Below are positions 54,131 to 63,429 of a stretch of DNA of 64,000 nt, piece by piece. A program made the position numbers and the translations under genes. How positions within the stretch are numbered: position 1 is the first letter of the stretch; each line of letters starts with the position of its first letter. The notes beneath the pieces were generated by a model, which saw only the letters and a program-made list of their open reading frames with translations, had not been told where the DNA came from and ran no database searches. Source of the DNA: a bacterium (GTDB lineage Bacteria > Patescibacteriota > Patescibacteriia > Patescibacteriales > GWE2-39-37); NCBI GenBank assembly GCA_037146995.1, contig JBAWWA010000003.1, positions 24,663-88,662 on the forward strand, in the 5' to 3' direction.

Positions 54131-54628
54131 TTATCTTAACAAATATTTCTTATTCTCCGATAGGTTCAAGAAATCATCAGCCTCTTCAATTAATTTTGAT
54201 GAAGTTGTCTGACGGAATGCTGCCACCTCAACCAAACAACCAAAAGTGTTTTGAATGTAGGTCATCAAGGGAATGTAATCGCCATCACCAGATACCAAAA
54301 TAATAACATCAAGCTTCGGCGCCAACTTAATAGCATCCATGGCAATCCCAACATCCCAATCACCTTTCTTGGCTCCTCCGGCAAAAATTTGTAAATCTTT
54401 AATCTTAACCTCAAAGCCTTGTTGACTTAGGGCTTCAAAAAAATTCGTCCCCTCGTCTGTTTCGGCCTTAACCACATAGGCTGTTGCCCGAATCAGCTTG
54501 CGACCAGCGACTGCATCAGTCAAAACCTGTTTAAAATTAACTCTTTTCTTGTATAGGTTTTTGGCTGAATGATACATATTCGATACATCCACCAATACGC
54601 CTACACGTTGCTCCTTGTGCTTTATCAT
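54131..54628 (-). CDS. NYN-domain (LabA/DUF88-like) protein
   Basis: 165 aa. RVGVLVDVSNMYHSAKNL and DVIILVSGDGDYIPL are the conserved acidic motifs of NYN/LabA nuclease-like domains. Confidence 0.75.
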   Translation of the reverse strand: MIKHKEQRVGVLVDVSNMYHSAKNLYKKRVNFKQVLTDAVAGRKLIRATAYVVKAETDEGTNFFEALSQQGFEVKIKDLQIFAGGAKKGDWDVGIAMDAIKLAPKLDVIILVSGDGDYIPLMTYIQNTFGCLVEVAAFRQTTSSKLIEEADDFLNLSENKKYLLR

Positions 54629-54729
54629 ATTTTTAACTTATACCTCTCAATCAAGAGGTGTGAAATGTCAAAATAACATTTCCTAATATAAAGGTAGGCC
54701 GAACCAATGTCCGGCCTACGCAATAAAAT

Positions 54730-55104
54730 CTATTTAATTTCCGCTACTTCCTCTTCTTCCTCTTCTTTTAGATCTTGCTGAGCAAGCATCATTTCTTCAA
54801 TTCTTTGTCGCTCCTCCTCTTCCTCGATCATTTTTTTAGCAATCTTCAGTTTTAGCTTTTTAGCCAACTCCTGAAAAGCAGCTGCGTCTTCTTTTTGCAA
54901 ATATTTTAGCAACTTACGTCGCTCGTTAACTTTTTTCAAAATACCACGACGTGATGAATGATCTTGCTTATGCTCTTTCAAGTGACCATTCAAGCGATCA
55001 ATTTCCTCGGTCAAGATAGCAATTTGCACTTGAGAAGAACCGGTATCACTGTCGTGAGTACGATATTTCTTAATAATCCGTTGTTTTGACTCTTTGTCTA
55101 ACAT
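54730..55104 (-). CDS. rpsO: 30S ribosomal protein S15 with an acidic C-terminal extension
   Basis: From the ATG at 55104: ...DTGSSQVQIAILTEEIDRLNGHLKEHKQDHSSRRGILKKVNERRKLLKYL is canonical S15. About 36 extra residues rich in Glu follow. Confidence 0.9.
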   Translation of the reverse strand: MLDKESKQRIIKKYRTHDSDTGSSQVQIAILTEEIDRLNGHLKEHKQDHSSRRGILKKVNERRKLLKYLQKEDAAAFQELAKKLKLKIAKKMIEEEEERQRIEEMMLAQQDLKEEEEEEVAEIK

Positions 55105-55391
55105 TTTTTTGTCTCCCAATCCGAGAAATGGCATGCGAAGACGTTACGCGCCTCCATTATCCAAAAACCAAGAATGGGTTATTTACTTATAAATGCTTCC
55201 TGAAAATTTTCATAAAGCATGCTTATATTAACACATTTAATTAAATAAATCAAGTCTTGGGCCAATATTCGCTAAAAACAACTTTAGCATTGACAAAAAC
55301 GCCAATTTATACTAATTTTAACAGTTCAACTGAAAAATACGAGCTTCATTGAACAAGATCTTTACAATTAAAGCATAAGAAAGGAGTAAAA

Positions 55392-56654
55392 ATGTTTGAT
55401 CCATATCAGAATATACAAAAAGTACAACTCGAGAATGGAATTGATTTGTACATTTGCTATTGGCCAGTTAACTTTACGAGAATATTAGCTCAGATACACT
55501 GTGGACACGTCCATAACCCAGAGAATCTCGAAGGGTTGGCACACCTAGCTGAACATGTCGCGGCAAACAGCAGCTATCTAAAAAAGGTCGAAGAAAAAAT
55601 GAGATTGCTTGGAATTTGCTATAGCACTGGATCAACAGACCTATTACACACATGGATAACTGCAAGTATCCCAAACGGCTCACTTAAAAGTAGTCATACT
55701 AATCATTATCTGCGCAAAGCCTTAAATGTGATTGACGATTATTTTTTCAATATTCCAAACTTCCTGATAGAAAAGTGTTTTTTCGCCGAAAAAATAGCAA
55801 TTATAAATGAGTGTTTCGATAGAGATGGAAGCCCAGAATTACTTAAAAAAACTAGAGCTATTTCTAATTTGCCCTGGGGCGAACTATCGCATTTAAGACG
55901 TGAATATCCAAGCACTATAGAAAATATATCAAGCCTTGACGTTGAAACATTTATCAAAAATCAATACACCACAAATAACATGTCGATTTTCATAGTTGGT
56001 GGTCTCAAGCTTGACTCGATCATGAAAAGTATTAATTGTAGTAAACTAACAAGAAGATTAAGTACTGGAGAGAGGCGTACACCGTCACCGACTTCACCGC
56101 TCACTAAGCCAAAAATTAACCACTATGAATTTTATCCAGAGGACTTTGGTCTACCATCAAGAGGTCAAGGATGTGTAGAATTCATATTACTAACAACTGA
56201 ATTCTCTTTTGAGGTTTTGTGTCTAGCTAAACTGATTCTCGACAGGTCACTAACAAGTGAGTTAAGAAAAAAACGAAACCTGTCATATTCAGCAAATCTA
56301 AATACAAAATGGCGACCTGGAAACATACATGAATTTGAGTTGCAAAGCAGAATACCAAAGGACAGTCTAAACGTATGTGAAAAAATCATAGAAGATACTA
56401 TCCTTAAAAGCGCTAAAGATTATGACATGATGTTAAAGGCGAAAAAGACAATTTTGTCGAGCTGGAGAGTGTCATCTCCAGAAATCTTTGACACAACAAT
56501 GGGTTTTGCTTGCGATGTAAGTAAATTTGGCAAAATAATATCCGAGCAGGAAACGAAAAATAAATATAAAGACACTCCACTTGAAGAAGTAGCAAACTTC
56601 CTCAAATACCTCGCCCAAAAGGAAAACCGTTTTACTATAATTTCTTATCCTTAA
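55392..56654 (+). CDS. M16 (pitrilysin/insulinase) family zinc peptidase-like protein
   Basis: 420 aa with an AAAGGAG SD. Inverted zincin motif GLAHLAEHVAAN (HxxEH). Confidence 0.7.
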   Translation: MFDPYQNIQKVQLENGIDLYICYWPVNFTRILAQIHCGHVHNPENLEGLAHLAEHVAANSSYLKKVEEKMRLLGICYSTGSTDLLHTWITASIPNGSLKSSHTNHYLRKALNVIDDYFFNIPNFLIEKCFFAEKIAIINECFDRDGSPELLKKTRAISNLPWGELSHLRREYPSTIENISSLDVETFIKNQYTTNNMSIFIVGGLKLDSIMKSINCSKLTRRLSTGERRTPSPTSPLTKPKINHYEFYPEDFGLPSRGQGCVEFILLTTEFSFEVLCLAKLILDRSLTSELRKKRNLSYSANLNTKWRPGNIHEFELQSRIPKDSLNVCEKIIEDTILKSAKDYDMMLKAKKTILSSWRVSSPEIFDTTMGFACDVSKFGKIISEQETKNKYKDTPLEEVANFLKYLAQKENRFTIISYP

Positions 56655-56787
56655 TTTTACAGCAGAGAGTCAAGACTTTCTGCTTTTTTATCTCTTGATA
56701 AATTTACACATATTCGCTAAAGTATCCACATTGCTTTAAATTAGCAAAATAAGTATAATATCCTTATCCTTTTAACGGATATTTTTA

Positions 56788-56859
56788 GTCCTTGTAGTTT
56801 AATGGATAGAACGGGAGCCTTCTAAGCTCTTAACGTAGGTTCGATTCCTACCAGGGACA
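56788..56859 (+). tRNA. tRNA-Arg (TCT)
   Basis: Acceptor GTCCTTG/CAGGGAC, anticodon stem GGAGC/GCTCT, loop CTTCTAA, T arm GTAGG-TTCGATT-CCTAC. Confidence 0.88.
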
Positions 56860-56937
56860 CAATAAAATACTCTTGAATTTTTCAAGATATTATTTTATTA
56901 TTCATAAGTCCAGCAAAATGGATATCATGGTGGCTAT

Positions 56938-57003
56938 CGTATAGCGGTTATTACATCGGCTTGTGGTGCCGATCATCAGGGTTCGATTCCCTGTAGCCAC
57001 CCC
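56938..57003 (+). tRNA. tRNA-His (GTG) with encoded G-1 and CCA
   Basis: G-1 plus acceptor GTGGCTA/TAGCCAC, discriminator C73 opposite G-1, anticodon stem TCGGC/GCCGA, loop TTGTGGT, T arm CAGGG-TTCGATT-CCCTG. Confidence 0.88.
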
Positions 57004-57095
57004 AAATAGGAACTCAACTAAAACACCTCTAACAAAACACCAATGTTAGAGGTGTTTTAGTTATGCAAAAGTTCAGAAGCCAAACTTCGATACGC

Positions 57096-57124
57096 TTGAC
57101 ATTTTGATAGTTTTTTATTACTAT
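57096..57124 (+). promoter_or_regulatory. sigma70-type promoter
   Basis: TTGACA (57096-57101), 17-nt spacer, TACTAT (57119-57124). Confidence 0.45.
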
Positions 57125-57209
57125 ACAAAATTCTTGTACCTTATATAAATTTGCTTAAGCAATTCAATTACGAATCGACAAAATAGAAACAAGCCAAAGG
57201 AGACTAATT

Positions 57210-57941
57210 ATGTCAACAAAAATCGAGGCTGAAAAAGACTACCTACAAAAGTTAGATGACGACAAAATTCATCTCACAACTCGCCCTTACCTCGATAAGG
57301 TCAATAGCCATATTGAGCCATATGAAGTTGATGTTTTTGGCAAGAGCATTACTGTTCTACCAGGCGTAATGTCTCCTCAATATGATTGGGCTGGACTGTA
57401 TATGATTGACTGCCTGCCTGATGATTTCTATGGACAGAATGTGCTAGAGCTCGGTCCGGGCAGTGGATTGGTTTCAGTCTTTGTTGGTCTGCGAGGTGCA
57501 AAGCTAGTCACCTGCGCAGATGTAAATCCCGTTGCAGTTACAAACACTCGAATAAATTTGGATAAATTCCAAATCAATTCAACCGTGATTTTGTCTGATG
57601 TCTTTTCGTCTGTGCCAAAAATTGCCTACGATTCAATAATCTTCAATTTGCCCTACCACGACAGCATTCCAGCTAATGACCTCGAAAAAGGCGTTATAGA
57701 TGCTGGCTATCAGGCAATGACAAGATTTCTGTCCGAAGCCAAGGGGTATTTAAAAGACGGTGGCAAACTTTATGTTGGCTTTTCTCAATCTGGCAATTTA
57801 CCACTATTTTTAAAGGTAATAGCAGAAAATAACCTGCACATTGATTGGTTTCAAGAAAAGAACACTTACGACAAGGTGTCAAGGTTTACTTGTGAGGACT
57901 TTCATTACAATTGCCAGATTTATCAGTTATCATTTCAGTAA
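57210..57941 (+). CDS. class I SAM-dependent methyltransferase (HemK/PrmC/RsmC-like small-domain type)
   Basis: 243 aa. Motif I VLELGPGSGLVSV and an NPPY-type motif IIFNLPYH. Confidence 0.65.
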   Translation: MSTKIEAEKDYLQKLDDDKIHLTTRPYLDKVNSHIEPYEVDVFGKSITVLPGVMSPQYDWAGLYMIDCLPDDFYGQNVLELGPGSGLVSVFVGLRGAKLVTCADVNPVAVTNTRINLDKFQINSTVILSDVFSSVPKIAYDSIIFNLPYHDSIPANDLEKGVIDAGYQAMTRFLSEAKGYLKDGGKLYVGFSQSGNLPLFLKVIAENNLHIDWFQEKNTYDKVSRFTCEDFHYNCQIYQLSFQ

Positions 57942-58060
57942 ACACTAACTAGCCGTTTCCAAAAAGGAGACTGCAACGACCCGCTATAAGAGGTCGTTTT
58001 TTTGTGGAATAATAAATAATTTGTTGCTATACTTTAGTCATAAAATTATTAAACAAGGCT

Positions 58061-58855
58061 ATGCGCGAACAAATATCATTTGAATCAAAAGAAAAGGAGC
58101 CAAAACACAATATCGTAATTGTTGACTTTTTGAGACACGGTACGACTGAATATCAAGAAAATTTCGCGACACACGAAGAAAAAGCCGCAATGAATGGCAA
58201 TTATCCACGCGATTTGACGCCCAAAGGCGAGCAAGAAGTAAGAGCAACCGTTGAAAAGATAGTTAAAACGATTAACCCTGAAACTGATATAGTGGCACTT
58301 TGGAGTTCTCCAGCTTGGCGTGCACAAGGCTCAGAGGAAATTCTAATAGAACTACTAGAGGAACATAAAATTCCAGTCCATAAAGATTCTTCAATTAGCT
58401 CAATGCGTAATTTTGCACAACACGACAAAGAGTTTATGAATGAACTTTGGACCAAGCTAGCACCAACAGGCAAGTCTGCCGAGCTGATGTATGCTCGTGA
58501 CCCAGAATTTCAAGAAAAAAATGATAAGTTTGAAAGTCAACCCGAAGTTAAAAGACGAGCCGAGCGTGTCTTCCACTATATTCAATCGCTAGCAGAAAAA
58601 GCAGATTTACAAGGCAAAAGATTACGCATTATTGGTGTAAGTCATTTTGAATTCCTAAACCCAATGATTGAGGAAATTTTTGGTGCGAAGGTTGAAAAAG
58701 GTGAAGGAGTAGTTAAGGGAGAGGAAATGTCTGTAACATTTGATTTTGATCCACAATCTAAGGCTATGAAAATATCAGCAGACTTTAGAGGTGAACATAA
58801 AGACAAAATTACCTTTGATAAAAATGAACGTCACTTTGAAGTTAGTGCCAATTAA
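58061..58855 (+). CDS. histidine phosphatase (PGAM-like) family protein
   Basis: 264 aa. IVIVDFLRHGTTEY (RHG catalytic motif) and a later GVSHFEF His. Confidence 0.65.
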   Translation: MREQISFESKEKEPKHNIVIVDFLRHGTTEYQENFATHEEKAAMNGNYPRDLTPKGEQEVRATVEKIVKTINPETDIVALWSSPAWRAQGSEEILIELLEEHKIPVHKDSSISSMRNFAQHDKEFMNELWTKLAPTGKSAELMYARDPEFQEKNDKFESQPEVKRRAERVFHYIQSLAEKADLQGKRLRIIGVSHFEFLNPMIEEIFGAKVEKGEGVVKGEEMSVTFDFDPQSKAMKISADFRGEHKDKITFDKNERHFEVSAN

Positions 58856-58860
58856 ACAAT

Positions 58861-59892
58861 ATGGATAATTATCAAGAAATTATACAAGCTTTTTTATCAG
58901 GTGACATCGACGGTCTCAATGAAAATGACTTGAAGCCTGAGCATATTGAAACGCAAATTTCTAACGTTTTCCTGTTCCCTGATACAGTATATAAAATCTG
59001 CAAGCGTGACAACAAATTTTTTAACGAGCATTTCCGCGATTTAGCTGGACACGAATCTCGCTTTACCTTTTATAAAGCAGATTTTTTTGAAAACAACTAT
59101 TTCAGTCCAGGTATTTACACCGCTTTATTGGGCGTGAACTTAGTTAATGGAAAAGTCGTATTAAGCAGTGATATTGATTGTGCTGAAGATGTGGTAATGA
59201 AAATGCAACGCATTGATTTTAATAATAACCTTAGCGACCTGTTGCATAAAAAAAGTTTAACTGAAAAAGATTTTCGAGGAATGGGCTTTCAACAGACAAA
59301 AGAAGTTGCACTGTATCCACATCAGCCCAAGACAAGTGAGTCGTACTATGCAATATTTAATCGCCGACTGGATGATTTACGTGATTGGATGCATTCAGCC
59401 CCTGGCTACATTCCATCTGAAAAAACAGAGGCTATAATAAAAGTACTAAAAAGCTACGTTGAGCAAAAAAAAGAGTATTTTGATAATTTTGATACAACCC
59501 AATATGTAATTTCACTTGATAATCACTCAGATAATATTTTTTACAAAAATAATAAGGTTTTTTTCTTGGATATTTATCCGCCCAAAGAAGATTGGATGAT
59601 CGTCACACCTTGGACAAATATTTATCGCCCAGCAACTGACATCTTAATTTTAATGGGTGAAAAGTACGCCAAGTCATTTATCGAGGGGTATAAGGATTAC
59701 TATGGTTCAATGGATGAAAGTCACGAATTGTTTTATTTTATTTATAGCGCAGCGATTCAGGCAGTTTCATTGCACAACTTATCCAACAACAACCCAACAA
59801 AAAAACAAGATTCTATCTTGTATAAGGATTTTATTTTAGGCAATATCGAAAAATTACAGGTTAGTAGTGGTAATACCCATACTACCTCCTAA
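58861..59892 (+). CDS. aminoglycoside-phosphotransferase-like/kinase-like protein
   Basis: 343 aa. The N-terminus (EHIETQISNVFLFPDTVYKICKR) resembles the ETHIS-VFL--YKLKK start of APH-like domains. LDNHSDNIFYKNNKVFFLDIYP resembles the Brenner-type catalytic loop plus a DxD/DxY metal site. Confidence 0.45.
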   Translation: MDNYQEIIQAFLSGDIDGLNENDLKPEHIETQISNVFLFPDTVYKICKRDNKFFNEHFRDLAGHESRFTFYKADFFENNYFSPGIYTALLGVNLVNGKVVLSSDIDCAEDVVMKMQRIDFNNNLSDLLHKKSLTEKDFRGMGFQQTKEVALYPHQPKTSESYYAIFNRRLDDLRDWMHSAPGYIPSEKTEAIIKVLKSYVEQKKEYFDNFDTTQYVISLDNHSDNIFYKNNKVFFLDIYPPKEDWMIVTPWTNIYRPATDILILMGEKYAKSFIEGYKDYYGSMDESHELFYFIYSAAIQAVSLHNLSNNNPTKKQDSILYKDFILGNIEKLQVSSGNTHTTS

Positions 59893-60067
59893 CACAGGCT
59901 CTATATTACAAATCGATAACTCTTCTGAAATAAATCAAACTCAAATGCGATTTTATCCCAGTCCAAAGTTCTGAATACCTCACTCAAAGGATCCATAAAA
60001 AAATACTCCTAACTTTAGGAGTATTTTTGTGTTAAAATAAACTCACTCCCAACGACAGGACAACGAT

Positions 60068-60283
60068 ATGCCTACGAAAAAATTCCATACTTTAATTTTT
60101 ATATTTTTTTGCCTATCAATCGGCTGTATTCTAAATTATAGCTTGATCGGTTCTCACGTTGATAAAAACGGGACTTTAGTTGAGCCATTTTTTCTGATTA
60201 CCTTGAGTTGGCTATTCTTTTTTATTGGAATTATTTTAGGAATAGTTTCAATCATTAATCATTGGCTTAAAAAGACTAAATAA
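60068..60283 (+). CDS. small membrane protein
   Basis: 71 aa with two hydrophobic helices. Confidence 0.4.
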   Translation: MPTKKFHTLIFIFFCLSIGCILNYSLIGSHVDKNGTLVEPFFLITLSWLFFFIGIILGIVSIINHWLKKTK

Positions 60284-60415
60284 ATCTCGACTACAGCGAG
60301 CTGATGTAATACTGAAACAAATAAGCTCTCCAAATTCCTAGAGCGATCACTCAGTTTTTACAAGCCAGTTGTAATTTTTTTCCAAAACTTAATAATACCA
60401 ATAAATATTAAATTT

Positions 60416-60913
60416 ATGTCTATTTTTGATTATTCATTTAAAGATACTAGGGGTCAAGAAATTTTCATGTCTCAATACAAGGGCAAGGTGCTGCTAATAG
60501 CCAATACTGCAAGTAAGTGCGGATTTGCGGGTCAATTTGTTGAGCTCGAATCTCTTCACAAAAAATTTGAAGGCCAGGGTCTTGTCGTTATCGGATTTCC
60601 TTGCGATCAATTTCTAGGACAAGAGCCAGAAACAAATGAAACAATCGTAAAAACCTGCTTTCTTAGTTTTGGCGTAACATTTATGTTATCAGAAAAAATT
60701 AACGTAAATGGCAAGAATGCGCACCCACTTTTTACATATCTCAAACACAAGTTACCGGCTGGATTACTTGGCGAGACTGTCAAATGGAACTTCACTAAAT
60801 TCCTAATTGATAAAGATGGGAGTCCATATAAACGTTACGAGCCAACAACCGCCCCACTATCCATGGAGGATGAAATTATTAAATTACTTACAAAAAAATC
60901 TGATAAAGCCTAA
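60416..60913 (+). CDS. glutathione peroxidase-family thiol peroxidase
   Basis: 165 aa. LLIANTASKCGFAGQ (Cys in place of Sec), GFPCDQFLGQEP and VKWNFTKFLIDKDG are the three GPx signature blocks. Confidence 0.88.
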   Translation: MSIFDYSFKDTRGQEIFMSQYKGKVLLIANTASKCGFAGQFVELESLHKKFEGQGLVVIGFPCDQFLGQEPETNETIVKTCFLSFGVTFMLSEKINVNGKNAHPLFTYLKHKLPAGLLGETVKWNFTKFLIDKDGSPYKRYEPTTAPLSMEDEIIKLLTKKSDKA

Positions 60914-61244
60914 ATCATGCATCACAATCTATGTTCAGAATACTACCACTTCCAGATTCTATTAACATCAGCAATTAATTTTAAACATGCCACCTTCCTG
61001 CAATCTAATAGCTAGCAGTATTACAAGATTTATTTACAACCAACCAGTTTATAGCATTGATAATATCACTTCGCTTGGTGTGTGTATTTATAAGGCAGGT
61101 TCCTGCAGAAGTTATGTATAAAATTTTATACAACTTTTTATTAAAATCCAGATCAAGTGACGCTTGCCTGCTATTGACAAAATAGCTGCCATGTGTTAAT
61201 TTTCTAAATTCGCAACCTGTACACCACACCAAAAAGGAGATGTT

Positions 61245-62147
61245 ATGAACCTGATCTTTAAAATTGTAGCCGTACTGCTGGTTGTTATGCTAATTCCGGA
61301 GTCAACGATCGCTTCAATCAAATCATCCGTTAAAAAGAAGGAGGGGCTAATCGAGCAACATTTTAAGGGCAATGGCGTCTGGATTTACAATGAAATAATG
61401 TTAACAGGCAATAATTATGAACCATTTGTTGACATGGCCAAAGACAAGGGCATGAACTATGTCATCATTAAAGCCTATGACGGCGCTGCCTGGGGAACGA
61501 GAAATAAAAATCGTCATTTCACCTCGCAGTTAAATGACTCCATGGCGAAAGCCTTTCATCGCAAAGGCATTAAATGCTACGCCTACGGAACTGCCAACCT
61601 TCGCAAGGATAGCGATATCAAGCAGGCGATTCAACATGCAGTTAATACTCTGCACAAAACAAGCGTTGATGGACTCGTCCTGGATGATGTATTTGCTCGT
61701 GGACAGGAAAAAACAAAAACAGAGCAATTATTCTCTGGGATTCGTGGCCATTTAAGGCATTGCAAGCAGTGCCAAAAAAAGCCATTGGCATTTTCAACGT
61801 TTCCACACGTAGCTAGCCAAGCTTATCCTTGGGGAATACCATTCAAGTATTCAGACTATTATCTCCCACAGCTTTATTGGACGGAATTAAAGCGCACCCC
61901 AACTGGCACAGTAGCCAAGTTTCAATCAGACTGGAGTAATTTTCAAAAGCATAATCCTAAATTAAAGTGTCGCGTCATTCCGGTTGGACAAACCATTGGC
62001 AAGGCAACAGTTACGCCAGAACAAATCAACACTTTTGTTAGGCAGGCTAAGACTTATGGCTACCAGGACTTTGCCTTTTATCGCTGGGATGGAACATCTC
62101 TCGCCGAGTGGCAAACAATTAAAAAGGCTACAAAGAAAAAAACCTAA
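61245..62147 (+). CDS. secreted hypothetical protein, possibly glycoside-hydrolase-like TIM barrel
   Basis: 300 aa with an AAAGGAG SD and a signal peptide. MNYVIIKAYDGAAWG...VDGLVLDDVF is vaguely GH-like. This is a weak call. Confidence 0.35.
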   Translation: MNLIFKIVAVLLVVMLIPESTIASIKSSVKKKEGLIEQHFKGNGVWIYNEIMLTGNNYEPFVDMAKDKGMNYVIIKAYDGAAWGTRNKNRHFTSQLNDSMAKAFHRKGIKCYAYGTANLRKDSDIKQAIQHAVNTLHKTSVDGLVLDDVFARGQEKTKTEQLFSGIRGHLRHCKQCQKKPLAFSTFPHVASQAYPWGIPFKYSDYYLPQLYWTELKRTPTGTVAKFQSDWSNFQKHNPKLKCRVIPVGQTIGKATVTPEQINTFVRQAKTYGYQDFAFYRWDGTSLAEWQTIKKATKKKT

Positions 62148-62321
62148 AAACCATGTATCCGCGTCAGATTATGACGCGGATTTTTATATTTTTAAAACAT
62201 GAATTTTAATTCGCACTGAAATTGGCCTAAGTTAAAAAGCACTAACTAGTTCTGAATTTGTACCTAATTAAAATTCTCGTATTTAAAAAAGAATTTTCAG
62301 TTATACGCTATCTTCAACAAA

Positions 62322-62903
62322 TTACTTAGCGCTGAATGGATTATCGCCATCAAACAAGATAAACTTTGTTTGATTATTAAATACATCATTAGAAATATTA
62401 TATTTTTCTGAATATAAAGCATCGACTGAACAAAATCTGGCTGACTGATAATTAAACCCTAATAGCTCACTCGCATCCTTAACCACGTTTTCCGACCCGC
62501 CTTCTATCTCAACAAACGGTTCAAGCCACGGCCACTCATCTATACAAACATCCACTCCATTTAAATTCCACAATTCTCGCCTGGTTTCTTGGTAGGCCTT
62601 ATTGATGCAGCCAATAGATTCTAGCATTAACACTGCTTGCTCAAAATCATTAACCTTTAGGCAAATTTCTTTTTGATTCTCTATTTTTTTACCATCAACA
62701 ACTTTGAGACTCATTGTTATTTTATCGCCCTCATCTCGCACCCGCAACCAACCACCAACAATCTCATGACCCGTGGGCAAAGAAAAAACGCAGCGTTTTT
62801 GCAAAAACTCTGTCTTAACAATTTTCGCCCCAGCTAACCCTAGCCTTATGCGAATATCTTCTTTTATTATCGGGTAAAAGGTTGCTTCATATTCAATTTG
62901 CAT
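62322..62903 (-). CDS. CYTH-domain (triphosphate tunnel metalloenzyme/CyaB-like) protein
   Basis: 193 aa. N-terminal MQIEYEATF (ExExK-like start) with alternating charged beta strands (LRVRDEGDKITMSLK, VCIDEWPWLEPFVEIEG). Confidence 0.55.
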   Translation of the reverse strand: MQIEYEATFYPIIKEDIRIRLGLAGAKIVKTEFLQKRCVFSLPTGHEIVGGWLRVRDEGDKITMSLKVVDGKKIENQKEICLKVNDFEQAVLMLESIGCINKAYQETRRELWNLNGVDVCIDEWPWLEPFVEIEGGSENVVKDASELLGFNYQSARFCSVDALYSEKYNISNDVFNNQTKFILFDGDNPFSAK

Positions 62904-63042
62904 ATTAGTAAGTTTTAAACAAATTCTATTATTTAATTTTTAATTATAAAACAAATAACCCATCTTAACAACAGAAGCACCAATAAAACCATTAATTATT
63001 ATATATTTTATATTTTGTAAGTTTAAGCTAAAATTCCTATAT

Positions 63043-63270
63043 ATGATCAACATCAAAAAAATATTCTACATTTTACTTGCGTCAATTTTGGGCATGCTAA
63101 TTTATTATGACATCTGGCTTATACTCTCGAACTTACCACCAAAAATTCAACCTCTACTTTTAATCTTTGTGGGTGGTCTTATCGGCATCGACTGGGGTTT
63201 TCGCTGGTGGCGCCTTGTATATACCGAGCACCGAAGGTGGCCAAAATCAAATAAAAAAAATAACGACTAA
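63043..63270 (+). CDS. small membrane protein
   Basis: 75 aa with two hydrophobic helices and a basic tail. Confidence 0.4.
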   Translation: MINIKKIFYILLASILGMLIYYDIWLILSNLPPKIQPLLLIFVGGLIGIDWGFRWWRLVYTEHRRWPKSNKKNND

Positions 63271-63429
63271 TAGTTCCATGCTGACCCACCTACAAGTCAG
63301 CCCCTACCAACTAATGTTTTGAAAGAATGTCACAACCCTCATTCTGGCGATAGTATCAAATACTAATTTTTACCTTACATTTTTGCCTTGTTTAAAGTTC
63401 ACCAATTATAAGTACGTAATCATCCCTAT

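Noticed and set aside
58199-58207. DnaA-box-like TTATCCACG (and GTATCCACA near 56721) as a possible origin signal
   Set aside because: These are isolated single copies, one of them inside a CDS. There is no cluster, no AT-rich unwinding element and no dnaA/dnaN nearby.
61005-61232. Track ORF 61005..61232(-) in the 330-bp gap before 61245
   Set aside because: It has no SD and an odd composition. It overlaps the likely promoter (TTGACA-17-TAATTT around 61174-61202) of the downstream + strand gene.
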